Shown here: positions 47,601 through 59,079 of the stretch, piece after piece
Layout of the letters: each line of letters opens with the position of its first letter
Numbering within the stretch: position 1 is the stretch's first letter
Source: Rhizaria sp. SCN 62-66
Lineage: Eukaryota
Assembly (NCBI GenBank): GCA_001724265.1
Contig: MEDY01000004.1
Coordinates: 124,001-188,000, forward strand
Direction of reading: 5' to 3'
DNA: 64,000 nt
Program-made: the position numbers and the translations under genes
Notes under the pieces: model-generated
Seen by the model: only the letters and a program-made list of their open reading frames with translations
Told to the model about the DNA's origin: nothing
The model's database searches: none

Positions 47601-49265
47601 CACAGCTCCTACGCGTGTGCGGACCCCGCCGCGGGGCTCTGGCCCGGCGCGCGCGCGGTGACTGTGCGTATGCGCGCGCCGCTGAGCTACCCGCACGGGC
47701 CCGCGCCCGCGGTGTGGGTGCGCGCCGACGCCCCAGAGTACCTGCTCACGGACCGCCGCGGCCGCCTGCCCGCGTTCATCTCCTCTGCCGCCACCGCGGG
47801 TTCGAGCAGTGTGTGGCGCGACGGCGATAGCGCAGCGTGGGCGCGGTTGCGTCCCGTGGCGCCCGGCGCGTTCGACACCGCGTCCGCGGAGGCGATGGCG
47901 GACCCCGCGATGACGCCGCAGCGCTACTGGCCGCGGGCGTGGCGCGCGCCGCGGTTGCGCTACCTACTCTCGGCGCTGCTGCCCTGCCCCGCGCCGCCGC
48001 TGCTTGCGCTGCTTGCCGCCGCGCAGGACGCCAGCGGCGCGTACGCGCGCGCTGCACAGAGCACCGCCAACAGTGACGATGAGCATAGCAGCGACGACGA
48101 AGACGAGAGTATCGACGACGACGCGAGAGCAAACTTTGCGGCCATTGGAGGCGGGCTCCCCGCGCTGCGCGCGGGCCCGCGCGTGTCGCCCGCGACCGCC
48201 CTCGCGGTCCGCGCGGCGCCCGCCTTGGGCGAGGCCATGGGCGGCCTCGCCGCTCTGCTGCCCGCGCTCGCCCCCGCAGTGGCTGCCGAGGGGTTCGCCC
48301 TTGCGCTGTCCCTGCCGCACGCAACGGCCCGGGCCGCGGCGCGCAGCTGCGGCAGCGGGCGCATCCCTTTGCACAGCCGCAGCCACAGCCGCGACGACCT
48401 TGCTGGCGCGAGCGCGGAGAATGTGCCCCAGGGCCTGGTGTGGCAGCGCGTGCCCGAGGCGCTTGCATTGGGTGGCGCGCAGTGGTCACCGCGCCTCACG
48501 ATCGTTGACCTTGCGCTCGCCGCCGCCGCCGCAGTTGCGCTCGCACGGCCTTTCGCACCAGCGCCGGCGTCTGCGGTCAACGATGACTTACATAGCACTG
48601 GCGATGATTCGAGCGAGTCTCCTGAAGGCCCCTGGCTGGCCCCTGTGACCACACTCTCAGCCACGCCCTCGATCGCATCTTCACAGTCGCAGTCGAAGTT
48701 GATGCAGACTGTATACAGCAGCGCCTTAGTGGGCGACGTGCCCGTGCCCGTGTTGCACCCGGAGGCGTGGGCGCTGTGGCGCAGCGCGCCCGCCAGCGCG
48801 GTGCTCACGGCGCGCCGCGCGCTGGGCTGTCTGCCGCCCGAGATCGAGGCGGCCGCGGCGGTTGTGGCGGAGGAAGCGGGGACCGAAGGGGGCTGCGGCT
48901 GCGCCGACGCTGCGGGCGACGGCGACGAGGACGACGACCATGGCTATGGTTATGATGGTTATGGTGCGGGGCACGGATGCCGCGGAAACTGCGCGGCCGC
49001 GCTGGCAGTAGCCGTGAGCTCAGCAGCGGCGGAGCGAATGCAGGCTTGGACCATGCGCCACCGCGCCGCCACGCGCAGCAACGCGCGCACCACGACTGCG
49101 CCCGCTGAGGGTACACGCGTCGATCCAGTTGGTCAGCCTATTGTTGCTGCGGCGGCGTTGCCGGCGTGGACACGGGAACTGGGCGCCGCTGGCCCGCTGC
49201 GCGAAGGTGCCGCTGGGCGCAAACTGGTTCGACGACTGGACGTTGTGGCTTGTGACATGCTCTGA
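41658..49265 (+). CDS. Uncharacterised ~2535 aa protein: long Ala/Glu/Arg coiled coil, possible ubiquitin-like and E2(UBC)-like regions; in-frame TAG at 42876-42878
   Basis: ORFs 41658..42878 and 42891..49265 share a frame: CAG AGG TAG CAC GCT GCG CTG GTG CTG AGT ATG. No AT-rich spacer between them. Ends TGA. Confidence 0.7.
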
Positions 49266-49867
49266 GCATGCCGATAGAACTTAATTGACTTGCATGACTT
49301 AAAATAAACAAATTCATTACATTTTCTACCTATATGGCTTGGGTATATCTGTATGTGACCTGTTCTCATGCCGATTTCCACTGAAATACGTGTATCAGGT
49401 ATAATTGACACGCGGCCACCACAATCTGCTTTTGGGAGCAGGAGAGGTCAGTTGAGCACTCGACAACAACGAAGAAATCGACCATGCCGTCGTAAAATGC
49501 GCGTTTTGGAGTCTGAATCGCTTTTTTCATTGCGTTGATGTCTATATCCTTTAATTATGACCCGGGGTATGATGATTCGGATGCATGTGCGGCGTTCTCG
49601 TCCGGGCGACTCGGCCCAAAAGATCAAAAGCACACGAGCCATTTGCATAGCCCCGTACACATCAACGAAGGACCACCCAAGCGTGTACACATAAGATAAC
49701 GGCAATAGCGCACACGAATCTTACGGACTATACTCACAAATCTTATCATTGCTTTTGTACCACCCCAGCTTCGCTTCCGTTCCCCCACCTACCTCGCAGC
49801 CGACGTAACCCACCCACGCAACACCCAACCGCCCCTTTCCCGCGCGCGCCAGTCACTTCCACGCAAC

Positions 49868-50631
49868 ATGGGCAACGTTTTCGGCGAAGAGAAGACCATG
49901 AAGCGTACGTTTTTCTTGCTCCATTGCTCTATCCAAATCTACCGGACTCTTTGTGCCTGCCGAGCGTCTCGTTGAAATGAACTCACACACACGCATCTAT
50001 GCTTCCTCCCTTTTCATCGTTCGTCCCCACAGAGGTCCTGCGCGAGCAGAAGCGCATGGTCGACCGTTCCGTGCGCTCGCTGGAATCAGAGCGCTCGAAG
50101 CTGAAGCTGCAGGAGAAGAAGCTGATCGGCGAGATGAAGAAGATGGCGCAGGAGAATCAGCTCAAGTCGGTCAAGATCATGGCCAAGGACCTGATCCGCA
50201 TCCGCAAGCACCAGGAGAAGTTCATCAACCTGCAGGCGCAGCTGCGCGCGGTGTCGCTGCAGATGCAGGCGATGGCGTCGACACAGGCGTTGACGGACTC
50301 GATGAAGTCTGCGACCAAGGCGATGCGCATGATGAACCGGCAGATGAAGCTGCCGGTGCTGCAGAAGATCATGCAGGAGTTCGCGAAGCAGAGCGAGATG
50401 ATGGAGATGGGGCAGGAGGTTATGGGCGACGCGATTGACGACGCGATGGAGGACGAGGAGGACGTGGCCGAGAGCGAGCAGGTCGTCAACCAGGTGCTCG
50501 ACGAGATCGGCATCCAGATGAGCGACCAGCTCGTCAATGTCCCGGGCAAGTCGCGAACGGTCACAGAGGACACCGTCGCCAAGACCGAGACCAACGACGT
50601 CGAGGCGCGCCTCAACAACCTCGGCCACTAA
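49868..50631 (+). CDS. VPS2: ESCRT-III subunit VPS2/CHMP2; exons 49868-49904 and 50033-50631; 211 aa
   Basis: MGNVFGEEKTMKQVLREQKR...VKIMAKDLIRIR...QAQLRAVSL...MNRQMKLPVLQKIMQEFAKQSEMMEM...VNQVLDEIGI...VEARLNNL (MIM1-like end). Ends TAA. Confidence 0.95.
49905..50032 (+). other. Spliceosomal intron (128 nt), phase 1
   Basis: AAG C|gtacgt...ccccacag|AG GTC restores the VPS2 N-terminus. Confidence 0.9.
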
Positions 50632-51419
50632 GCGCGCTTCCGCTCTTTGCGCTGAGTCGAGTCGCGATGCTTGTAACGAACGCATCAGCAGCAGAGTGCA
50701 ATGCGCGGATTGGCGAGCATTGCGTGCTGTTGTTTCTCGGATGCTTGAGACGTGCATACTGTGGCGTAGGGTGTTATGGTGTTTGATATGCGCCGCGGTC
50801 CGAAGCGTGGCTGGTTGACGCGTATGCGTGTGACGATGCAGACGCGAGTTTGTTTTTTTTCAAGCCGCATCGAATGTATGTGATTTGCGATGCGAACGAT
50901 ATTTTGTATTTCAATAGTGTCCAATACAGTGAATTTAAAAGATATTGTCCTATTTTCGGATTTTATTAGTGTCATTCAACAAAGTTTGATGGTCTAACGT
51001 CGAACTATCAACTCCTTTGTTCGTGAGTTGAAATCCCCCCGTGATGAAATAAAGTATGATTTCTGGCGATACAAATATTTCACGTTCAATATATTTTTAA
51101 AACACAAACAATTGATTTAAATAGGAGAAATCACGTTTTCGTTTGTTTGGAAAAATTCCGGGTTGAAAAGTCGGATATCAGCGTGAGATCTTGTTTTGTA
51201 TTTTTATCGCACGCGAACACAAGTATTGCTTGTTGACGCGATCGCACTCAAACTCGCCGACTCGGTCTGTGACGCTGTTTTGACTCTGAAGACTCGATTG
51301 TGGCCTTCAGAGTGGCCTGACCTTGCTCGTAATGGATAAAAAATGATCGACCCATCCCTGCCGCATTCATCTGTTACATAAGCGGTTTACATCACAGGGG
51401 CTTTGCCGGCAGAGCTCGC

Positions 51420-53321
51420 TCACGCTTCGGTGCCCTCGCCGCGCTGCGCGCCGTCGCCGCCCTGCGCGCCAATCCCGGCGTCGTCGTCCTCGTCGCGCTG
51501 CTGCTGCGCGGCGGCCGCGGCGTCGGCGTTCTCGTGCGCGGCGAGCTTGGCGGCGCGGATTGAGTCGAGGATCGCGCGCATGCACGACCGCTCGTCGCAG
51601 ACGCCCGAGCCGCCGCCCGCGCAGGCCGTGTCGAGCAGCCCCACGGCCTCGAGCAGACACGCCTCGGCCTCGTCGTACTTGCCGATGCGCGGCGCCGCGA
51701 TCGTCGCGCCGAGCATGCACAGCGTCACGGCGACCTCGGCCGCGCCCGCCGCGGCGCTAGCGCGCGCGTGCCGGGCCTGCGCCTCGAGCCCCACCCCGTC
51801 GCCCTCGGCCTCGGCCTCGGCCGCGGCCTCGCCGGCGCCGGCGCACACGCCGGCGCCTGCGCAGTCAGCACTACCCGCAGCTTGCCCCGCGGTGGCGTTT
51901 GCGTTAGCTGAGCCGGAGCCGAAGGAGAAGTGGCACGAGGCGGCGGCGGCGGCGGGGCAGGGGCCGTCGCACTCGCCCTCGCTCTCCTCGGCGCCCGCCG
52001 CGGCGGCCGAGCTGGCCACTGCGTCGGCGGCGGCCGCGAGCGTAGCCTTGCCGCCCGAGCACGATGCGCGCGCCAGGTGCAGCATCGACGAGGTGAGCAC
52101 TTGGCGGATGGGCGCGGGTGGGTGGCGCGCCAGCGTCTCCTTGGCCAGCTCGGCCGCGCACGCCGTAGCGCACTCGATCGGGCGCGGCGCCTCCGCGCCA
52201 GCGGCGTCCTTGCCCTGCTGTTGCTGCTGGTCCTCCGAGGCAGCAGCAGCAGCGGCGGCGGCGGCACGAATCTGCTGCTGCTGGAGGCCGCCGCCGAGGA
52301 AGAGCTTGCGGCGGTGCGCCACGCACTCCCGGATGACGGGCTCGGCGGCGGCGAAACGGCCCTGCGAGTTAAGGATCTCGGCCAGGTGGAAGCACACATC
52401 CGAGTACAGCAGACGCGACTGGAACTGGCCGGCGCGGAAGAGCCGGATGAGCTCGCAGAAGAGCACGCCCGCCGACTGCAGGTCGCCGGAGGACTTGAGC
52501 GCCATCGCGTAGTGCTTCTTGGTCTCGATCTGCAGGCAGTGCCAGCGGCGGTAGCGCATCAGCGGTGTCAGGCGCGCCGAGCTGGCGCACGCCGACGAGG
52601 GGTCGTCGACCATTGGGCACGCCGCGCCGGCATTGGCGTCCTCGCCCTTCTTGTCCTCGCTGCTGTTGTTGCTACTACTGTCGTTCGAGCTGTCAGTCTT
52701 GGCGTCATTGCTGCTGGCGGCGGTGAAGGGCGAGGGCAGCTGCGCGAGTTGGTTGTCGCTCGCGCTGTCCGTCTTCGCGTCATTGCAGCAGTCGACAGCC
52801 GCGGCGGTGCTGAAGGGCGAGGGCAACTGCGCGAGTTCCTTGGTGGTGAGGTCGAGCGCGCGGTCGAAAGCGAGGATGGCGTCGGCGACGGCGTCGTGAC
52901 GCACGTGCAGGATGCCCAGCTCGACCAGGCAGAAGGCCGTAAAGCCCAGAAACGAGTCCGCCTGCGCGGGCGAGTCGGAGGAAGATGACGAGGCGTACTC
53001 GTCGATCGCGTGCTGGTACACCTCAGCCGACTGGAGAAGCAGCAAACATCAGGTGCAAAGTCAAGTCAGAGTGATTACAGAGTACGACGGTGAGGGGATA
53101 GAAAGCGAAAGCAGGATAAAGCACACATTTATAGACAGAACACCCATTTTACATTGAGATATCATGTTTTGCACGCATTTGACGGAGCAGCGGACCTCTT
53201 TGTAGTGACCCTGGGTGCCAAGCACAAAGGCCGCGTTCCGGAGCTGGGCGTAGCGCGGCGCATCAGCCAAGCGCTTGACGGCGTTCTCCGTGGCGATGCG
53301 AATCAGCTCTGAGTCTAACAT
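51420..53321 (-). CDS. TPR-like helical repeat protein; exons >=53321-53196 and 53030-51420; 5' end uncertain
   Basis: TPR-like segments NAAFVLGTQGHYKESAEVYQHAI, CLVELGILHV...AILAFDRALDL, HLAEILNSQGRFAAAEPVIRECV, GKYDEAEACLLEAV. Intron 53195-53031 (gtccgc...ctccag). A further intron 53467-53346 (gtatgc...TACTAAC...cgcag) may be coding or UTR. Ends TGA. Confidence 0.65.
52690..52835 (-). repeat. Internal coding duplication (LAQLPSPF...NDAKTDS x2)
   Basis: Two near-identical units in the TPR-like protein. Confidence 0.8.
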
Positions 53322-54023
53322 CTTGCCGGGAACGCTCAAGGGCAGCTGCGGCGGGCACGTGAGTGAGGACGAGATGCGTAAGAGTGAAGAATTGTCGCGA
53401 ACGTTAGTAAGGGGAGTGAAACAAAGACGGGGTTAGTGAGAGGCGAAAATTACGCAAACAAGCATACATCAACAATATACACACAGAGAATCATATGAAT
53501 ATATCTCAAGTTTGATTTGCGCTGCTTCTGGCGACATGGAGCGGCTACACGCGGGTGACGGAGATGAGTTGACACCCGAACGACGTCGACCCGTGGGGTA
53601 GCGCCCACAGGTGCCCTGACCATGGCAACAACTTCAGTGAACAAAACAGTTTTAAAATCAAATACACAGCTACTACATAAGCACGTATACACGCGTTATG
53701 CAGCGTTCGACGGCCAATGTTAGTCGCTACATAACGTGCCACGAACTTGTTCGTGTCGCTGGTCTCGTCGCCACCCGCCCACGGCTGTCAACCAGGCCAC
53801 TTTCGTGGTCGCGATTTTGTGGAGATATCTCAAGTCATCCAAGTCGTCATTCGAGGCCGGTTTTGTTTGTGACCGTGCCGCATGAACAGATCCATCATTT
53901 TATTTAATATGCACTTTCATCGACTTCATAGATGCGTTGCTACAGTTGTTGACCATTTGACTTGCCTGACAACTCACCACTCGCCTCTCTCGTCTCTCGC
54001 CAACACGTTACCTCCTGACAGCG

Positions 54024-57000
54024 ATGCGTATTTTAGCCAGAACGCTCGCTGTGCTTCTTGGCTGCCTTTTTGCCTTTGCCTTGGCGCAAGATGCGTTCAC
54101 GGCAGCGCCTCCTCCGCCCTCTCAGATCGTCCTCGACTCCTCGCGCGTGGCAGTCGAATCCACGCTGATCTCGTCCGATGACGCCGTCACCTTGCCGCCC
54201 GTGCCGACTCTGGACACGCTTGCGCCCGTGGCCACGATCCCGCTCGCGCCCGCGATGCTGCCCGCCCCGCTGCTGGACGCGCCTTTGCTGGCGCCCGCGC
54301 TGCAGCGCGACCTGCGCCAATCGTACATCCCCGTCGAGGACCCCTGCATCTACGCGCCATGCGCGCTCATCGAGTCGCCACGCGTCGAGCTGCGCTACCG
54401 CAACTTCACCTCGTTCGGCATCGACGAGGCGTACGAGTCGGACGAGTTCACCGTCTCGTTCCGCTCGCTGAACCACACGGTGCCACTCTTCTTCCTGTTC
54501 CTCGATGAGGACGGGTTCGAGCAGTTCGAGGCCGGCGCTGAGGACTTCCCCTACTACTCCGGCTCTATCGTCCCCGTGCCCTACCCGGACGCGGACCCCG
54601 AGTCTCTGGAGATCAAGGAACGCGTCTTCCGTCTCACGCGCTACTTCAAGAAGCTCTTCGTCGTCTTCTCCAACGAGTCCCCGCTGTCGACCGAGGTGGC
54701 TCACTGCGACTTCGAGCTCGCGCTCTCCTACCGCGGGCTCGGCTGCATGAGCTACTTCGTCGTTGTACTTGCCATCCCGGCCTGCTTTTTGCTCCTTATT
54801 GGCCTGCTCTGCTGCGGACCGTGTTACCGCCAGTGCTGCCACCGCTGCGACCCGTACGGCGTGCGCCGTCAACACGCCGCCCACCAGGCCGCGCGCCGCC
54901 AGCGCGTCATCGCGCGCGAGCGCGCGCACATCGACCGCCTCGCCGCGCGCCGCGCCGCAAAGGCAGAGTACGTCGCTGCGGCCTCCGCGGCGGCTTCGGC
55001 CGCGACGTCCGCCGCCGCTTCCCCCGCGGGCTCGCCCGCCGCGACCGGGACCTCCGCGCTAGCACAGGCCAACGTGCACGACAACGCGCTCCTGTTCGCG
55101 CCCGACCGCGCCGCCGGCAGTGCGCAGGGCAGCGAGGCGCCCGGCGCGCCGCTGCTGCTGTCGGGTGACGCCTCGCTCGCGGGCTCGCTGCTCTCCAACA
55201 GCAGCAACGGCAACAGGAGCGGCAGCGGCCGCAACTCCGGCTCGCTGCCCGTGGCGCTGTCGCTCGCTGCCGCCGGCTCCGGGGGCTCTGACGCACACGC
55301 CGGCGGCGGCTACGGCGAGTCCCCGCCGGGGGGTATGATGTCGCCGCTGGCCGACGCGGCCGAGGACGCCGCGGCGATGCGCACTCCCGAAGACGCGGAC
55401 ATCTTCCACGGCGACGGCGACGGCGACGGTACTGATCACGGCAGCGGCAGTGACGACGGCTATGGCAGCGTCGGCGACAGCAGCAGCCCCGCCCGCGACG
55501 GCGGCGACAGCGGCGCGCGCGCGCACGCGGGGCCCGACACGAGCAACTCCAACGGCGAGTGGGGCGAAGACCTGGCGGCCGCCAAGCGCCTGCCGCCGGC
55601 GTACATCCAGTACGACTTCAGCGAGGAGGAGGAGGCGGTGTACGTGCAGCCGGCGACATGCTGGTACTGCTGCGTGTACCGGCCGTACCAGTTCACGCAG
55701 CCCGCGCCGATGGCGCGCACCTTCTGCCCCGCGCCGGGCCGCTGCCGCATGCCGTACCCGCGCTGCTGCCCCTCGCTTTACTACTTCACGGGCCGCCCGC
55801 TGACCGACTACGCGCACTGGTGGCGACAGCGCGCGCTGGCGACGTGGCCGTGGAACCCGATCCCCGACGAGGACATTCTTAAGTTCCGCCACCGTCTGCT
55901 GCTGCTCGTTACCGTCCTCGTCTTCAACCTGCTCGTGCTCACCCGCTGGGCCGCGCGTTTCGCCGAGCTTAACAAGGGCGTGCAGGAGAAGCTGGCGCTG
56001 TTTCCTGTGCTGGGCCAGTACGCCGTTGTGTACATCGGCACGTCGATCATCCAGGACGTTTTCACTGCGCTGATGCGGCCCGTGATGGCGCTCACGCTCC
56101 ACGTTGCGCCGCGCCTCAAGCGCTCACCCTCGCCGCTCGTGCGCGCCGCTGGCTACGCGATGTACTACACGGGCGTCACGCTCGCGCTCATCGTGCTTGC
56201 GCTCGTCGTGATGGCGTCACTGGACCTCGCGCAGCGCTACCGCTGCTGGGTCCTCGAGACGCAGGTGCTGCTGCCGTTCCTGCTGCTCTCCGTGTTCCGC
56301 ATGTTCTTCTGCTTTGCCGTCGTCCCGCTGCCCGTCTTCTACTACCTGCAGAGCGCGTACGGCGCCATGATCCCGCCCGGTGTGGACGTGCGCACGGGCG
56401 AGCTTTACGCTGACCCCGCCCGCCGCGCGCGCGCGTTGCACCCTTACGGCGCCAACGACGACGACGCGCGCTCCGTCGCCGTGCGCGCCGCGCTGGCCGC
56501 GGACCCTGCGCTCGAGCGCGCGGCCTGCGCGGGCGACTACGCGGCCATGGACGCGCTGGGCGAGATGGTCGAGCGGTTCGGCAAGGGCCCGCGCGAGCAG
56601 GGCCGCGACAGGGTGTTCGCGCTCGAGCTGGGCGGCGCGGATCAGGGTTCGCTCGCCGCGCTGGGCGCGAACGCGTTGGGCGCCGGCGCGTACGGCGCGG
56701 AGAACCACGGCAGCGGTGCCGGCGGGATCCAGATTGATATGGCGACGGTACCCACGATCACGGTCTCTTCCACCGCCTCCGCTGCCGGTACAGCTGCGGG
56801 GGCTGCTGCGGGTGACGCTGCGGAGAACAAGAATAAGGGGCTGTACTCGCCCTCGCCGTCGTTTACCTACCGCCCCGAGCCCGCCAACGAGGCGAGCGCG
56901 GGGGAGTTCGCATTGAGCGGCGCTGAGAGCAACGCGAATATCACCTACAACGACGAGAACGTTGATACTGGTACCGGCAGCGCTGCCGGTGCCGAGGATG

Positions 57001-57128
57001 ATGAGGATCAGGGCGCGGAGAGCGGCCGGCTGGTGCAAGGCGGAGACTCGGCTGGGTCTGCGCTCAAGCAGCAGCAGCAACAGCAGCAGCAGAAGGGCAA
57101 GAAGAACAAGAACAACCGTAAGAAGTAA
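54024..57128 (+). CDS. Uncharacterised multi-pass membrane protein with signal peptide, 1034 aa
   Basis: Signal-like MRILARTLAVLLGCLFAFALAQ, a beta-rich luminal segment, a TM helix followed by a Cys cluster, about 4 more hydrophobic helices, basic C-terminus; strong C/G third-position bias. Ends TAA. Confidence 0.75.
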   Translation: MRILARTLAVLLGCLFAFALAQDAFTAAPPPPSQIVLDSSRVAVESTLISSDDAVTLPPVPTLDTLAPVATIPLAPAMLPAPLLDAPLLAPALQRDLRQSYIPVEDPCIYAPCALIESPRVELRYRNFTSFGIDEAYESDEFTVSFRSLNHTVPLFFLFLDEDGFEQFEAGAEDFPYYSGSIVPVPYPDADPESLEIKERVFRLTRYFKKLFVVFSNESPLSTEVAHCDFELALSYRGLGCMSYFVVVLAIPACFLLLIGLLCCGPCYRQCCHRCDPYGVRRQHAAHQAARRQRVIARERAHIDRLAARRAAKAEYVAAASAAASAATSAAASPAGSPAATGTSALAQANVHDNALLFAPDRAAGSAQGSEAPGAPLLLSGDASLAGSLLSNSSNGNRSGSGRNSGSLPVALSLAAAGSGGSDAHAGGGYGESPPGGMMSPLADAAEDAAAMRTPEDADIFHGDGDGDGTDHGSGSDDGYGSVGDSSSPARDGGDSGARAHAGPDTSNSNGEWGEDLAAAKRLPPAYIQYDFSEEEEAVYVQPATCWYCCVYRPYQFTQPAPMARTFCPAPGRCRMPYPRCCPSLYYFTGRPLTDYAHWWRQRALATWPWNPIPDEDILKFRHRLLLLVTVLVFNLLVLTRWAARFAELNKGVQEKLALFPVLGQYAVVYIGTSIIQDVFTALMRPVMALTLHVAPRLKRSPSPLVRAAGYAMYYTGVTLALIVLALVVMASLDLAQRYRCWVLETQVLLPFLLLSVFRMFFCFAVVPLPVFYYLQSAYGAMIPPGVDVRTGELYADPARRARALHPYGANDDDARSVAVRAALAADPALERAACAGDYAAMDALGEMVERFGKGPREQGRDRVFALELGGADQGSLAALGANALGAGAYGAENHGSGAGGIQIDMATVPTITVSSTASAAGTAAGAAAGDAAENKNKGLYSPSPSFTYRPEPANEASAGEFALSGAESNANITYNDENVDTGTGSAAGAEDDEDQGAESGRLVQGGDSAGSALKQQQQQQQQKGKKNKNNRKK

Positions 57129-57551
57129 GTTCTTTTGATGGTGGCGAATACGCTGTTCTGCAAGATAGGAAGGGATTACGAATTTGACTCAGATTATTAA
57201 ACAAGTTATCACGCATACATAGTTTTATTCCGTACTATATCGCCGTTTTGTTTGTTTCAGATGACATTTTCTGTCCATATGAGCGCAAAAACACGATTTT
57301 CGCGATTCACTTGCCATGCATCGTTAGAGAGACGTGGGGGGTCGACGGTGACCACATCATTTTTTGAGTAAATTGTTCTCTGTGTACGCTCGTATTTTCT
57401 GCATGCATTGCTCGAAATTGACATCGAATTACACATTAAGTTACGTTTCTTCTTTTATATCTTGCAAAATGTAGACACGTTGCTTCAATCCCGCGGCCTC
57501 TTTCGAGCCCTCCTCCACATCAAATCTCGTCTTCTTGCACCCGCTTCCTTA

Positions 57552-58958
57552 ATGGCGTCTGAGGCTCACCCCCTGGCGTCGTTTTCGACGCACACGACCG
57601 CGAGCTACATCATGCCCGACGGGCTCTCCGCAGCGCACCGCAAGCAGTGGATCGACGCATCTCGCGTTGCGACGAAGGAATCTAACGATACCTGGCTCGA
57701 CTCGGCTTCTGAGACCAAGCCGGCCACCGCGGACCTCGTCCCCGTAACCTTCGCGGAGTGGGAGAAGGCCCAGGCCGCGCTGCGTGCCTCCGGCGACCCC
57801 ATCGCCCACTTTGACGCTACTGCCTTCCGCACGCGTCTGAACGAGCTCATCGCCGCGCGCCGCGCCGCCGACCGCGAGCAGGTCCGCGCCGCGCTCGACC
57901 AGTTCAAGGCGCTCTCTCTCACCAATACCGGCAGCGCTGGCGCTGAGAGCGGCGCCGCACCGGGCGCTGATGCGACTGTGAGCGCGGAGGAAGCCGCTGC
58001 GGCTGAGCGCGCGACCGCGTCTATTTCACAGGCGTCGTCGCTGCCGCCCGACGGCACCTCGACCACTGGGTTGCAGCTGGGCCACACGCTCCTGCACGCG
58101 AGCCAGACGACGTCGACGATGACGCTGATGACTGGCGCGCTGCAGGGCCTTCCGGCGGGCTCCGTCTTTGTTGCTGACGTGCAGCGCGCGGGCCGCGGCC
58201 GCGGGAGCAACGTCTGGGTCTCCCCCGCGGGCTGCCTCATGTGCAACGTGTCGTTCCGCATCCGCTCCGGCGCGCAGCTGCCCTTCGTGCAGTACCTCGT
58301 CGGCTGGGCCATCGTATCCGTGCTCCGCAAGCACCCGCTGGGCGCGCGCCTCAACGCGCGGCTCAAGTGGCCTAACGACATCCTGCTCAACGGCCGCAAG
58401 GTCGGCGGCATCATCTGCCAGTCGACCATGGACAGCAACGCCGGCGCCGGCGGCGCGGTCTTCGGGGCCCCGACCTTCACCGTGCACGCCGGCTTCGGCG
58501 TCAACGTGGAGGCCAACCCCGAGTACCCGTCTCTCAACACCGATATCGCGGCCTTCGTCGCCGCGGGCGCCGGCGCGCGGCTTGACTTCGAGCTTCCGCC
58601 GCTCGCCGGCAAGGAGGCCGAGAGCGCCGAGGCCGCCGCGGCGGCGCTGGAGGCGGCGCGCCCGTTCTGCCGCGCAACGGTGCTGGCGGACGTGTTGGCG
58701 ACGCTGGACACCGCGCTGGCCAAGTTCAACGAGCACGGCTTCGAGCCTTTTCTGGAGGAGTACCTCACCATGTGGCTGCACTCGGGCCAGCTGGTGACGG
58801 CTGAGGGCAAGGACGGCACGTACCGCATCACCGGGCTCTCCACCTCGGGCTACCTTCGCGCGCAGAGCGTGTCGCGGCCCGGCGAGAGCGTCGAGCTGCA
58901 CCCCGACGGCAACTCGTTTGACATGAAGCAGAGCTTCATCGCCGTCAAGCGCCTCTAA
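57552..58958 (+). CDS. BPL1: Biotin-protein ligase (holocarboxylase synthetase, BPL1/HCS type), ~468 aa
   Basis: QRAGRGRGSNVWVSPAGCL, LKWPNDI, KVGGII, WLHSGQLV, LHPDGNSFDM. Ends TAA. Confidence 0.95.
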   Translation: MASEAHPLASFSTHTTASYIMPDGLSAAHRKQWIDASRVATKESNDTWLDSASETKPATADLVPVTFAEWEKAQAALRASGDPIAHFDATAFRTRLNELIAARRAADREQVRAALDQFKALSLTNTGSAGAESGAAPGADATVSAEEAAAAERATASISQASSLPPDGTSTTGLQLGHTLLHASQTTSTMTLMTGALQGLPAGSVFVADVQRAGRGRGSNVWVSPAGCLMCNVSFRIRSGAQLPFVQYLVGWAIVSVLRKHPLGARLNARLKWPNDILLNGRKVGGIICQSTMDSNAGAGGAVFGAPTFTVHAGFGVNVEANPEYPSLNTDIAAFVAAGAGARLDFELPPLAGKEAESAEAAAAALEAARPFCRATVLADVLATLDTALAKFNEHGFEPFLEEYLTMWLHSGQLVTAEGKDGTYRITGLSTSGYLRAQSVSRPGESVELHPDGNSFDMKQSFIAVKRL

Positions 58959-59079
58959 CGTAAACAACCAACATCTATGATCGTTCATTGAGTGTTATGT
59001 ATTGTGTGGTTCTAGATAAACATTATTAAGCTATATAAACAATATCAAAATTCAGATAATAAACATTGCGACTTTGGAG

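Noticed and set aside
51020-51045. tRNA T-loop-like string GTTGAAATCC (looked for a suppressor tRNA)
   Set aside because: Does not match GTTCRA and no cloverleaf could be built; no RNA gene was recognised in the window.
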